Assembly (NCBI GenBank): GCA_050115495.1
Contig: JASFQK010000029.1
Location: 1-64,000 of the forward strand
Reading direction: 5' to 3'
Length of the DNA stretch: 64,000 nucleotides
Source of the DNA: Phycisphaerae bacterium
GTDB lineage: Bacteria; Planctomycetota; Phycisphaerae; UBA1845; Fen-1342
Part shown: in pieces, positions 31,426 through 42,444 of the stretch
Numbering within the stretch: position 1 is the first letter of the stretch
Layout: every line of letters starts with the position of its first letter
Translations under genes and position numbers: made by a program
The notes under the pieces: generated by a model
What the model was told of the DNA's origin: nothing
Databases searched by the model: none
The model's input: the letters and a program-made list of their open reading frames with translations, nothing else

Positions 31426-32487
31426 CTACCCCCCGCCAGGTTGCGAAGCCGCCGGCGTTACATCTTCAAACGGATCCAGCGCCCCCACACTCAGCCCGGC
31501 CGATTCCGCGTACCGTTGCGCGAAGTCATCCAGCGTCCCTGGCGTGACCAGTTCGCACGGAATCGCCGTCCGCCGCGTCGCCGACGGAATCTCCATCAGC
31601 CCTCGCACCGCCATATCCATCGCGGCGTAGCCGATGTCCCCGTGCAGCGGGCCCACCAGCGCCGCCGCCTGACCCCGCCGCAGCGCCGGCCAAAGCCGGG
31701 GAGCCGTGCTGAGCGTCCCAAACCGGCAATTCGACCCCAGCAGCGTCTCGGGCGACGCCGCCAGCCACGGTTCCGGGTCCAGCGTCACCATCAGGCCCGT
31801 GTTCGGATACAGGGCCAGCAACTCGCGGATCAACTCGCTCTCGGAGACGCCTGCCGCTGACGCATCACGCACCTCCAGCTCGTGCACGTCCGCCAGCCTG
31901 TGCGCGGCGACGGTGAACCGGTCGAAGCACTGCGACGCCACCGGGTCCCTGCCCCGGTTGTGCACCAGCGAGTAGCTGCGCCCGCCGGTCGTCACCTCCG
32001 CCAGCTTCTCGCCGAGCAATCCGGCCCCGGGCGCCCAGTCCACTTCGACGTTGCCGTACGCCCGCACGCCGTCCAATTGTGGCCCGATAATTACCAGCAG
32101 AATCGGCGGGGTATGTTCCTGAATCTTCCTCGCGATCGGACGCGCCACGTCGGGATCGCTCACGACCAGACACACCGCCTGCGGATTGTTATCGCACACC
32201 GTCCCGACGAGCGCCGCGAGCAGTTCCGGATCGTCTCGCGTCGGGGCGACCGCGAGGCACTCGATATGCGAGTAGCGGGCTCCGTATCGCCGGGCACCGC
32301 CCCGAATCCCCTGCCAGTCGGGGTGGGTCTCGTATGGACCGATAACGCAGATCCGCGTATTCTCCGACAACCGCCGACCGACCCGCCCCTCCTCGCTGCG
32401 TTCACAGCCGGCCATCGTCAGAAACAGGGCGAGTGTGAGCCCGGAGGCCCCCAAGCCTCGCCACCGGCATTGTCCGATCATGCGCAT
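31426..32487 (-). CDS. Periplasmic sugar-binding-like lipoprotein
   Basis: Lipobox TMAGC and a PBP1-like pattern. This is the 3' part of ORF 31426..33594. Confidence 0.65.
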   Translation of the reverse strand: MRMIGQCRWRGLGASGLTLALFLTMAGCERSEEGRVGRRLSENTRICVIGPYETHPDWQGIRGGARRYGARYSHIECLAVAPTRDDPELLAALVGTVCDNNPQAVCLVVSDPDVARPIARKIQEHTPPILLVIIGPQLDGVRAYGNVEVDWAPGAGLLGEKLAEVTTGGRSYSLVHNRGRDPVASQCFDRFTVAAHRLADVHELEVRDASAAGVSESELIRELLALYPNTGLMVTLDPEPWLAASPETLLGSNCRFGTLSTAPRLWPALRRGQAAALVGPLHGDIGYAAMDMAVRGLMEIPSATRRTAIPCELVTPGTLDDFAQRYAESAGLSVGALDPFEDVTPAASQPGGG

Positions 32488-32622
32488 CTGAGATTCACCG
32501 CTCGATCGGCTGGCACCGCAACCTTGCCTTGCCGATTCTTCTATAATAGGTGAGAATCCGGCTATACTGTAGTGGTCGGGGTGTCCCTGCGCGTGCGGGT
32601 CCCCCAGGAAAGAGGTGTACGC

Positions 32623-33417
32623 ATGAACCGTATCCTGACCGTTGGGTTGATGGCGCTGTTCGTCCTGCCCTGCGCCGCCTGGGCGCAGACCGACACCTCG
32701 GAGCAGACACCCAGCACCTGGGTCGGAGCCGCGCGCTCCCGCCACCAGTTGCTCCAACAGGCCCGCGTCACCAACGCCCGCCAGGGCGAGTTCGCCGGCA
32801 CGACCGAGGGCCTCACCGAGGAATCCACGTCCTCTTCCGGCAGCAGCCTGTCCAGCCTGCTCGACGTTGTCAGCGGTCTGTCCGGCTCGCTCGGCAGCAC
32901 CAGCGACCTCGGCAGCCTCCTCGGCCTCCTCGGCTCGGACACGACCGACACGACGACCACCACCGGCGGCGACGAGGAATGGACCATCGAGGACCTCCTC
33001 GCCCTCGGCGAAGCCATGGGCGGCATCGGCAAGCCGATCAACAGCTCGACGGACGACACCGCCACCACGGCCAAGAGCACCCTCGCGACCGCCAAGCTGG
33101 ACACGGCCCAGGAATACGAAACGCGCGACGCCAGCGGCGCCATCGGCCGCCTCCCCAAGATCGACGCCACCTCGCAGTCGAGCGACACCGAACAAAGCTT
33201 CACCAGCCGGCTGACCGAGACGCTGGCCACGACGTTCTTCTCGTCCCTGGCGATCGGTTTCCAGTCCTCCACCTTCATCAACTTCCTGAAGGACCAGTTG
33301 CGGCCGGTCTTCTTCCCGACGGACGACGACAGCACCGACAACACGTCGGGCGACGGCAACAGCATCGAGGACCAGAACTCGTCGGGCAACGGCGGCAGCA
33401 CAAACTCGATTGTCTGA
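32623..33417 (+). CDS. Secreted Ser/Thr-rich hypothetical protein
   Basis: GAGGT RBS, signal peptide ending AWA, low-complexity acidic S/T content. Confidence 0.75.
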   Translation: MNRILTVGLMALFVLPCAAWAQTDTSEQTPSTWVGAARSRHQLLQQARVTNARQGEFAGTTEGLTEESTSSSGSSLSSLLDVVSGLSGSLGSTSDLGSLLGLLGSDTTDTTTTTGGDEEWTIEDLLALGEAMGGIGKPINSSTDDTATTAKSTLATAKLDTAQEYETRDASGAIGRLPKIDATSQSSDTEQSFTSRLTETLATTFFSSLAIGFQSSTFINFLKDQLRPVFFPTDDDSTDNTSGDGNSIEDQNSSGNGGSTNSIV

Positions 33418-33539
33418 CGCCGCGGGCCGCGCGCCTGCCGGCGCGACGGGCCCGCGACACTCTTGCCGGACTGGCGTGCCGCGGCGCGGCGGTGCACCGG
33501 TCCCCGATATCGCGTCGATCATCTTCAAGCGGGTGATGT

Positions 33540-34536
33540 ATGCCGACGATTCCCCCGCGATTCCGGGCCCTGCGGAACTTCGCCCGGGGCGCAACCGCTG
33601 TCATCGTGATCGGCTCCCTCGGCGCCATCGGCTACGGCATCTTCGCCTGGGCCGTGCTGAATGACCCGCGCGGCGTCGGTTGGCTGTCGGGCGGACTGGC
33701 CGTGCTGGCCCTGGGCCTGCTGCTCTTCACGCACTTCTCCCTCACGCACAAGGCGGCCAGCAACGCCTACCGCTCCTACGACGCCCTCCTGGACATCGTC
33801 GAGCAGATGCGCCGGCAGAGCGACATGCTGCGCACCATCGCCGACAACAGCTCCCTCTCCGAGTGGGCCAAGCGCATCGTCTACCGCGAGAAGGACTACG
33901 AGTACCTGCGCGACACGATCGAGGGCGCCTCGGCACGCCAGGACTGGGTCTCCGCCGAACGCCTCATCCGCGAGCTCGACGAGGAGTTCGGCATGCGCGA
34001 CGAAGCCGCCAAACTCCGCGCCGAGCTCGAACAGGCCCGCCGGGCGACCGCCGAAGAAAAGGTCGCCGCCGCCCTCGAGCGCGTCGATTCGCTATGCGAG
34101 TCCCACAAGTGGGAACAGGCCCTGCGCGAGTCCGAACGTCTGCTGTCCCTCTTCCCCGGCGAACCGCGCATCGCCGCCCTGACCCGCGAGGTGGATCTCC
34201 GCCGCCAGCAGTGCAAACGCACGCTCCTGAAGGACTACGACCAGGCCGTTCGCAACCACGATGTGAACACCGCCCATCGCCTTCTCTTCGAGCTCGACCA
34301 CTACCTCGCCCCCAACGAGGCCGCCGCCCTGAAAGAATCCGCCCGCGGCGTCTTCCGCGCCAAGCTCCAGCAGATGGGCGTCCAGTTCAGTCTCGCCGTC
34401 ACCGACCACCAGTTTCGCAAGGCCGTCGCCATCGGCGAACGGCTCGGCCGCGAGTTCCCCAACAGCCGCTACGCCCAGGAAATCGCCACCATGATGCCCG
34501 CCCTCCGCCAGCGTGCCGAACAGGACACCCCTGCCC

Positions 34537-34547
<11 letters not shown>
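33540..34547 (+). CDS. Hypothetical membrane-anchored helical protein
   Basis: Two N-terminal TMs followed by a long helical region, with strong GC3 codon bias. Confidence 0.8.
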
Positions 34548-35691
<1,144 letters not shown>

Positions 35692-35692
35692 C

Positions 35693-36730
35693 GTGTCGAC
35701 CGTGACCCCGCAGACCATCCTGGCCCGGCTGATCTCCCGCACCGACCTCACCGTCGACGAGGCCCGCGGCCTGTTCGACCAGATCATGGATGGCGCCGTC
35801 GGCCCCGAAGAGCTGGCCGCCATCCTCGCCGCCCTCGCCACCAAGGGCGAATCCGTGAGCGAACTCGTCGGCGGTGCCGAGGCCATGCGCAGCCGTGTCA
35901 CGCCCATCCAATTACCACCAAGTGTGTCGGCAATAGATACGTGCAGCACGGGCGGCGACGGCCGGCCCACGTTCAATCTCTCGACGACCGTCGCGATCGT
36001 CGCTGCCGCCGCCGGCGCCACCGTCGCCAAGCACGGCAATCGCAGTAACACGCGCGCCAGCGGGTCGGCTGAAGGGCTGATGGCCCTCGGCGTCAACGTC
36101 GACGCCCCGCCGCCGATCGTCGAACGCTGCCTCGCCGAGGCTCGCATCGGCTTCCTCTTCGCGCCCATGCTGCACCCGGCGATGCGCCACGCCGCCCCCG
36201 TCCGCCGAAAGCTCGGCACCCGAACCATTTTCAACCTGCTGGGACCGCTCACGAACCCGGCGGGCGTGCGCCGGCAACTGCTCGGCGTGAACCGTCCCGA
36301 GCTCGTCGAGACGATGATCGAGGTCCTTCGCCTGCTCGGGGCCGAGCGAGCCTGCGTCGTCCACGGCCTGGAGGGGCTCTGCGATCTGAGCATCTCCGGC
36401 CCGAGCCTGCTGGCCCGCTGGGACGGCCGCCGCGTGCGCGTGGAAGATGTCGATTGCCGCGCAACCGGGAGCGATCCCGCCCCGCCGGAAGCCCTCTACG
36501 TCCGCAGCCCCGCCGAAAGCGCGGCTGTCATCGGGCGGATTCTCGCCGGCGAGCCCGGCCCGCCACGTGAAGCCGTCGTGCTGAACGCCGCCGCGGCCCT
36601 CTGGGTGTCCGGTCTCGCCGACGACTGGACGTCGGGAGCGGTTCTGGCGAGGCAGGCCCTCGACAGCGGCGCCGCCCGCGACACGCTCTCCCGCTGGTGC
36701 GAACTAAGCCACGGCACCACTACGACATAG
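35693..36730 (+). CDS. trpD: Anthranilate phosphoribosyltransferase
   Basis: DTCSTGGDG, NLST, AKHGNRS, RTIFNLLGPLTNPA. Confidence 0.95.
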   Translation: MSTVTPQTILARLISRTDLTVDEARGLFDQIMDGAVGPEELAAILAALATKGESVSELVGGAEAMRSRVTPIQLPPSVSAIDTCSTGGDGRPTFNLSTTVAIVAAAAGATVAKHGNRSNTRASGSAEGLMALGVNVDAPPPIVERCLAEARIGFLFAPMLHPAMRHAAPVRRKLGTRTIFNLLGPLTNPAGVRRQLLGVNRPELVETMIEVLRLLGAERACVVHGLEGLCDLSISGPSLLARWDGRRVRVEDVDCRATGSDPAPPEALYVRSPAESAAVIGRILAGEPGPPREAVVLNAAAALWVSGLADDWTSGAVLARQALDSGAARDTLSRWCELSHGTTTT

Positions 36731-36911
36731 CAGCCAGGACGCGACTTCCGCCAGATTCGGGGCCGCAACCACCACTTCTTCAAAGCCCGGGGCACGAGCA
36801 GCCGAAACTACCCGGGTTGACAGTGCCTGAGGTCATTTCTATAGTAGTAGGGCTCGGGTGGATTGGGAGCGGTTTCGTTCCAAACATCTCAGATCCCGGC
36901 GGTGCAGGGCC

Positions 36912-37670
36912 ATGGCCAAGAAGCTCCCCAAGAAGGCAACCGGAAAGAAGGCAACCCCCCGTGCCAAGACCGCGCGCACCAAACGCGTGGCGAAGAAGAG
37001 CGCCTCGGCTAGCAAGGTGAGTAAGCCCGTGAAGAAGGCGACGAAAAAGGTGAAGGCCGTCAAGAAAGTGGTCCAGACCAGGGCGCCGGCCACGAAGAAG
37101 CCGGCCAAGGCCGCTGCCGCTAAAGCTGCCCCGCCGAAGAAGAAGCGAGCCCCCGCGGCCGCAAAGGCTGCCAAGCCCGCCGTCCGCGTCACGCCCGTTG
37201 CCCCGCGCAAGAAGGCCAGCCGTCCGCCCGCCGCCGGCCCCAAGCTCGTTCGCGAGCCTGAGGTCCCGGTTCCGGTCGAGCCCATGACGCCCGCGGAGAC
37301 CGAGGAGTTCCGCCGAGCCCTGCTGGAAAAGCGGGCCGAGCTGGTCGGCGACGTCGGCACGCTCCAGGAGGAGGCCCTGCGCGGCAGTCGTCGCGAGGCC
37401 GCCGGTGATTTGTCGAGCATGCCGGTGCACATGGCCGACCTGGGCACCGACAACTACGAAATGGAATTCAGCCTCGGCCTGCTTCAGGGCCGGCGCGAGA
37501 TGCTGCAGGAGATCGAGGACGCCCTCGAGCGTATCCGCCAGGGCACGTACGGCGTCTGCCTGGCCACCGGCAAACCGATCGGCAAGGCACGCCTGCGGGC
37601 CACCCCCTGGGCCAGGTTCTGCTACGAGCACACGCTGGCTCTCGAGCGCGGCGAGCGACACGGAACGTAG
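36912..37670 (+). CDS. dksA: DksA/TraR-family regulator with a histone-like K/A-rich N-terminus
   Basis: HMADLGTD, IEDALERI..GTYGVC...I...RL.A.PWA..C. Confidence 0.85.
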   Translation: MAKKLPKKATGKKATPRAKTARTKRVAKKSASASKVSKPVKKATKKVKAVKKVVQTRAPATKKPAKAAAAKAAPPKKKRAPAAAKAAKPAVRVTPVAPRKKASRPPAAGPKLVREPEVPVPVEPMTPAETEEFRRALLEKRAELVGDVGTLQEEALRGSRREAAGDLSSMPVHMADLGTDNYEMEFSLGLLQGRREMLQEIEDALERIRQGTYGVCLATGKPIGKARLRATPWARFCYEHTLALERGERHGT

Positions 37671-37673
37671 GCG

Positions 37674-38483
37674 TTGTCCTCCCCCACCATGCCTTCCTCA
37701 ATGTCTGACACACCGGCCACCCGGGAAACGAGCACCGCTGCGCCGCCGGCGACCACGCCGCGCGCCGCCGGCGATCACACAACGGCCTTCTTCCACGTGC
37801 CGTCGCAAGTGCGCTTCTGGCTCGTTGCCGCACTGGGGCTGACCGCGGATTTGTGGTCGAAGGCATGGGCGTTCGGCACGCTGGGACAACGGGCCCGCCG
37901 GGTCCTGATTCCCCACGTGCTCGAGTTGCAGACGATGATGAACGACGGGGCGCTGTTCGGAATCGGCAGCGGCCGCACGATGCTCTTCCTCGTCGCCTCG
38001 GTTCTGGCCCTTGGGCTGGTGCTGTGGATGTTCGCCGGCAGCTCGCCACGGAGCTGGCTGCTGCACGTGGCGTTCGGGGCGATCCTGGCCGGGGCGGCCG
38101 GAAACATGTACGACCGCGTCTTCGTGCAACTCGTGGGCATCGCCGGTACGGGCGGCTTTCCGATCTTCTACGAGGTGTCCGAGAACGACAACGGCACGCT
38201 CGTGTTCCGGGAATATCCGGCCCGAGAGGACCGTCCGACGCTGATCCGCCCGAAGCAGGCCCTCGACAAACTGCCGCAACCCGTCGGCCACGTGCGGGAT
38301 TTCATCAAGATCCCGACGCGGTTCTTCGGCGGGCGGGAGCTGTGGCCTTGGGTCTTCAACGTAGCGGACATGCTGCTCGTCGGCGGCGTGGCGATCCTGG
38401 GCTACCGCCTGTGGCGAGATCGCGGCAGCGGCCGGCGGCCACCTGAACCGCGAGACGCGCCGGCGGCCGGAACAGGCGCTTGA
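37674..38483 (+). CDS. lspA: Lipoprotein signal peptidase II
   Basis: NDGALFG, GAAGNMYDR, VRDF, WVFNVAD. Confidence 0.9.
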   Translation: MSSPTMPSSMSDTPATRETSTAAPPATTPRAAGDHTTAFFHVPSQVRFWLVAALGLTADLWSKAWAFGTLGQRARRVLIPHVLELQTMMNDGALFGIGSGRTMLFLVASVLALGLVLWMFAGSSPRSWLLHVAFGAILAGAAGNMYDRVFVQLVGIAGTGGFPIFYEVSENDNGTLVFREYPAREDRPTLIRPKQALDKLPQPVGHVRDFIKIPTRFFGGRELWPWVFNVADMLLVGGVAILGYRLWRDRGSGRRPPEPRDAPAAGTGA

Positions 38484-38548
38484 TCCAACCGCGGCCGGCA
38501 GAGACGCTTGACTCGCCGACGGCGAAGGCCTAACGTGGAGATGAACGC

Positions 38549-38623
38549 CGGGGCGTGGCGCAGCTTGGCTAGCGCGTCTGCATGGGGTGCAGAAGGTCGC
38601 AGGTTCGAATCCTGTCGCCCCGA
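38549..38623 (+). tRNA. tRNA-Pro(GGG)
   Basis: CGGGGCG/CGCCCCG acceptor stem, ATGGGGT anticodon loop, GGTTCGAATCC. Confidence 0.95.
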
Positions 38624-38780
38624 TTAGCGGCTCAGGCCGCGAGTAGAGCAGGTGGGGGTAGTGGGAAGAGAGTAGAGCCGCGACGAGAGCGTCTCGGCCG
38701 CCGAGAACCGCTCGCCGCGAATCGACCTCTCCTGCGGTTTTCTCTCTGCTCTCCACTTTCCTGTCGCCGGGGGATCAGTC

Positions 38781-38870
38781 ATGCCCTTCGCGTTTGAGAA
38801 GCCACGTGTCCACCGGGCGGCCAGTTGCGTCCCAGCACAGCACGACGACAGTTCGGACACCGAGCGATGA
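38781..38870 (+). pseudogene. Possible N-terminal remnant of a four-helix-bundle (IVP-like) gene
   Basis: MPFAFEKPRVHR resembles the recalled F.FEKL.VYQ start, then stops after 29 codons. Confidence 0.3.
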
Positions 38871-38899
38871 CGCCCACGCAGGCGCGCGATCACGTGTGT
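38829..38899 (+). repeat. Left imperfect direct repeat of the 18 kb segment
   Basis: 60/71 identical to 56857-56927, including a 27 bp exact core GAGCGATGACGCCCACGCAGGCGCGCG. Confidence 0.85.
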
Positions 38900-39502
38900 T
38901 CCCTGGCCACGGCAGACACCGAGGCCGCGCTTCAGGTGGCGCGCGGCATCGACGATCCGTGGTTCGCCTGCCAAGCTCTGGCCTGGGCGGCGCGATTCGC
39001 ACCGGACGAGCGCGTCGAAGCAATCGTCGCCGAGGCGCTGACCGTCGGCCATCGGCACGCCGATCCGTACAAGGTCGTTGGCTCCACGGCTTGGCCGATT
39101 CGGGCGCTGGTGGAAAGAGGCCGGACCAACCGGATAGCCCCGATTCTGGAGGAGATGTTGGATCGCGTGCCGCGAATTGAGCCTCCTGCCGGGCGTTCGG
39201 AAGCGGTCTTCCTCCTGTTTCAGGCGGTGTTCCCGGCGGGCCGGAACTGGTGGGCGCGAGTCCTCGACGTGCTGATCGCGGTCTCCGATCCCGGCACGCA
39301 CTGGCGTCAGGCACGCAACACGAGAGACGCCCTGCTCATGGTGGCCGAGGAGGATCCCGGCTTCGCCGCCGACTGCGCCAACCGCCTCAGCAACAAACGG
39401 AACCGACGTCGCATCGAACAATGCCTGTCCCGCCACGACACCCAGACGCGCCGCCCCTTCTTCTGGAAACCGGACTCTCCCTACGCAGGCGAGCCCGGAT
39501 GA
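38867..39502 (+). CDS. Hypothetical helical-repeat protein
   Basis: ORF starts at an ATG inside the left repeat. Confidence 0.65.
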   Translation: MTPTQARDHVCSLATADTEAALQVARGIDDPWFACQALAWAARFAPDERVEAIVAEALTVGHRHADPYKVVGSTAWPIRALVERGRTNRIAPILEEMLDRVPRIEPPAGRSEAVFLLFQAVFPAGRNWWARVLDVLIAVSDPGTHWRQARNTRDALLMVAEEDPGFAADCANRLSNKRNRRRIEQCLSRHDTQTRRPFFWKPDSPYAGEPG

Positions 39503-39968
39503 CAAGCAGCCGAAGCCGTGAGGCCCGTGTAACCGGCCCGGCCCGGGGCCGTGACAAGCGGCGGCGACACGCCCGCCGCGTGGTAGGATGCGCGCATGAT
39601 GATGCTGTTGACCGAGATCGGCGACAAGATGCTCACCGTGGACGAGTGGACCACGGCCGCCAGGAAACGGTCCACGATCGTTTCAATACCAGGCGAATCG
39701 CCCCGAGTTGTAAGCGACGAAGAGGTCCGAACTCGCAGATGATGCGGGCCGGGCCTGTTCGCTTACTGCCGCTTTTTCGAAGGTGAATCGTATGTTAGGC
39801 CGGATTGATGGTTAGCTCCAGAACGTACATGGCTGACAAGGTGAATTGGCGGAAGAACTGAATGAGGGCACCGGTTCGCACACTGGATGAGGCGACGGTG
39901 AGCTACCGGATAACCTCTGGTCTTTGGTACAGCGTATACGTCGGCTTCGGATCGCCCAGGGGACACAG

Positions 39969-41033
39969 ATGAAGACATTGCAGCGTTTCTTGATAGTGCT
40001 TGGGGTATTCGTCTTCGCCTACAACGCCAGAATCATCGCGCATGAGCTGGGTCACGCCCTGACTCTTGTTGCCACGGAAGGTGAGGTCGACTTCATTGAA
40101 GTCTCTCCGCTTTCTTCGTCATGCGTACACTACAGGTCAGCCCCGGAGCTGATGGCAACAAGCTGGGGCGGCTTCCTGTGGGAGAGCATCAGCGGGCTTC
40201 TCGTCTTCTTCGTCCTATGGGTCGCCAAGAGCCGCCTGAGCTTCTTCGGCGTTGTCCTCGCGATTACGAGCTTGGCCGGAACAGGAATATACATGCTGGT
40301 GGGAGCCGTACTGCGCATCGGTGACTCGGCTGATCTCATAAGCATGGGGGTGCCCCCGGCAGTTCTCGTCATACTGGGCACCGCTCTATTACTGTTGGCT
40401 CTTCCCTTGAGCTTGCCCTTGGGCGGCTTGCTGGGAGTCGGTAAGGGTAAGAACCGGCTGAGCGTCACGATACTCGTCTTCTCTCCGGCCGTCGTCTATC
40501 TCCTCGCGATAATCGCCTTCAATCTGTGGCACAACTCCGATAAATGGCTGATGTGGACTGCGTCTATCGGCGGAGGGCTTCTTCTCGTCGTCTTGATCTC
40601 AGTCACAGTCCACTTCACGTGGGCATGGTGTGCCGGAACAGAAACGCTGCGACGGGCAATCCCGATCAACTGGCACATGTGCCTTCTGAGCCTTGCGTTG
40701 GGTGGAGGCGTTGTCGCAACAGAATACCTGGCTTTTCCCAAACCAGAGCCAGCTCACGCACGGGCGGAGCCCCTCCTGGAGTGGTTCCAGGACGAGCAGA
40801 ACCATGCTGGAGGGTCGTTTGATCCGCGAGATGTTGATGGTGGCAGCGTTGTCTTCAGGAATATAGATGGGCAGCACGGACAGCGAGCCTTACCTGACGT
40901 TACCTGGGGTGGCCGTTGGTCTTCCTCGCTCAAGAAGCTGGTCGTTCTGACCAGAACGGAGTTGCCAGAACCTCTCCCAAGCCCCGACACCTGTGTATTC
41001 CGTACACTTGAGCATGCTCAAGCCGACGGATGA
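39969..41033 (+). CDS. Multi-TM HExxH (M50-like) membrane protein, 3' end probably truncated by the IS
   Basis: HELGH near the N-terminus and many TMs. The tail runs into the IS5 remnant. Confidence 0.65.
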   Translation: MKTLQRFLIVLGVFVFAYNARIIAHELGHALTLVATEGEVDFIEVSPLSSSCVHYRSAPELMATSWGGFLWESISGLLVFFVLWVAKSRLSFFGVVLAITSLAGTGIYMLVGAVLRIGDSADLISMGVPPAVLVILGTALLLLALPLSLPLGGLLGVGKGKNRLSVTILVFSPAVVYLLAIIAFNLWHNSDKWLMWTASIGGGLLLVVLISVTVHFTWAWCAGTETLRRAIPINWHMCLLSLALGGGVVATEYLAFPKPEPAHARAEPLLEWFQDEQNHAGGSFDPRDVDGGSVVFRNIDGQHGQRALPDVTWGGRWSSSLKKLVVLTRTELPEPLPSPDTCVFRTLEHAQADG

Positions 41034-41365
41034 GCAGCTCGATTGGCTGGCGGAGCGGATTCCTGATCACGAGCTCTCGCCCAAGGGTGGTCGCCCGCCG
41101 GTAGACACACATGAGGTGATGCAGGGCATCTTCTGGATCCTCGACAACGGCGCGAAATGGAAGGATCTACCGCGGAAGTTCGGCTCGAAGAACACCGTGC
41201 ATCGCTGGTTCCAGATCTGGACGGACGCCGGCGTGTTCAAGCAGATCATGTGCGACGCCGGGTGACTGGTTGAGGAACGTGATGGCTTCAAGTTGTACGA
41301 ATGTCTCATCGACAAGACATTCGCCAAGGCCCGCGGCGGCGGTGACGGCATCGGCCAGACCAAGT
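41014..41365 (+). pseudogene. IS5-family transposase remnant
   Basis: TDEQ...GGRPP...GIFWILDNGAKWKDLP..FG...TVHRWFQ.W...GVF, an internal TGA at 41263, then ...IDKTFAKA. Truncated. Confidence 0.85.
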
Positions 41366-41806
41366 GCTGGGTGCGGGGTATCGTCGGCTGGAACACGAGG
41401 TGGATTAGTGCCGAACGCCCATCGTTGAAGACGGATAACGGCTCGGCGCCCACGGTACGCCGGAGAAGTTGGCCGTTCTGGTCGTGGCCCTACGCATATA
41501 CATGTGGCGAGCGCGGTTGGGCCGGAAGCGGTACGTGTCCGGCGGTCCTGCGCCCGGCCCGCAGGGGCGGTGTGCGCCGGCTGGCTGGGGGAACCGGCTG
41601 TCGTCCGCAGCGGGCCCGGCGCAGGGCAGCCGGACCCCGACGCGGCTTGGACCGGCTTCCGCCCGCGGCGGCGTAACCGGTTTCGCGGAGGTTTGTGCGT
41701 TACGTCAACGAACTTCGGGCGACTAGGGAAGTAGTGGAATAGGGATGAGAATGCGGTGAGTGCGGTTGCGTCCTTGGGGCCGGGCGGGGCTTGGCCAAAC
41801 GAGGCG

Positions 41807-42022
41807 ATGATGATGGTGAGACGAATCAGGAAGCTGGGCTTGCGGCGGGACGTCCTGCGCAACGTGTCAACTGCAGACATGTGACGCATCGTGGCGGTCG
41901 GCGGACCACGATCGGGTACTCCGGGTCACCATACGGACAACTGCCCGCCGCCTCCGCCGCCGGGTCCATCGCAGAATGACAGCGCATGCTACTGCATCAC
42001 GACGGCCAGCCAGCTCTGCTGA
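41807..42022 (+). pseudogene. Lanthipeptide precursor paralog (lanA1) with an in-frame TGA; absent from the ORF track
   Basis: MMMVRRIRKLGLRRDVLRNVSTADM*RIVAVGG-PRSGTPGHHTDNCPPPPPPGPSQNDSACYCITTASQLC. It aligns to 42101..42346, with TGA 41882-41884 where the paralog has CGA. Confidence 0.75.
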
Positions 42023-42100
42023 AGCGAACGCGAACACCGTGGCTAGACCTCGCATGCCGGTCAAACAGACAACGAAGTACGGCCAGAGAAGGAGCAAGCA

Positions 42101-42346
42101 ATGGGAAGACGGATCAAGAGACTGATGCTGCGGAAAGAGGTTCTGCGCGACTTGGCACCCGGGGACATGCGACAGGTCGTCGCGGTCGGCGGACGCGGGT
42201 CAGAGGTCGCGTGTAACGATACGACGCAGTGCTTGCCAGAACATACCATATCGTGCACGCTGTGCACATTCCCGTGTCCCGACGCGTCCCGCGACAGCGC
42301 CTGCTACCTGTGTAAAGGGGACGGGCAGATGTGGTGGCTCTCCTGA
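42101..42346 (+). CDS. lanA: Class I lanthipeptide precursor (lanA2)
   Basis: AAGGAG RBS, leader KRLMLRKEVLRDL...VAVGG, core with 7 Cys and 10 Ser/Thr. Confidence 0.8.
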   Translation: MGRRIKRLMLRKEVLRDLAPGDMRQVVAVGGRGSEVACNDTTQCLPEHTISCTLCTFPCPDASRDSACYLCKGDGQMWWLS

Positions 42347-42444
42347 GCTAGACCAGAGAGCCGGCAGCACGCACCGCAGGTGGCTCAGATAGGCGATGGG
42401 CAACATCCTGCCCGTGGCGTGCATCCGGAATTCAGGCTCATGCG

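Noticed and set aside
32488..33594. N-terminal extension of ORF 31426..33594
   Set aside because: It is antisense to the better-supported gene 32623..33417, and a lipoprotein signal starts at 32487.
38549..38623. tRNA-Pro as the att site of an integrase-driven island
   Set aside because: I found no duplicated tRNA-Pro end or integrase in this window. One further right cannot be excluded.
41882..41884. Selenocysteine recoding of the TGA in lanA1
   Set aside because: It aligns with Arg (CGA) in the leader of the paralog rather than Cys, so a point mutation is simpler.
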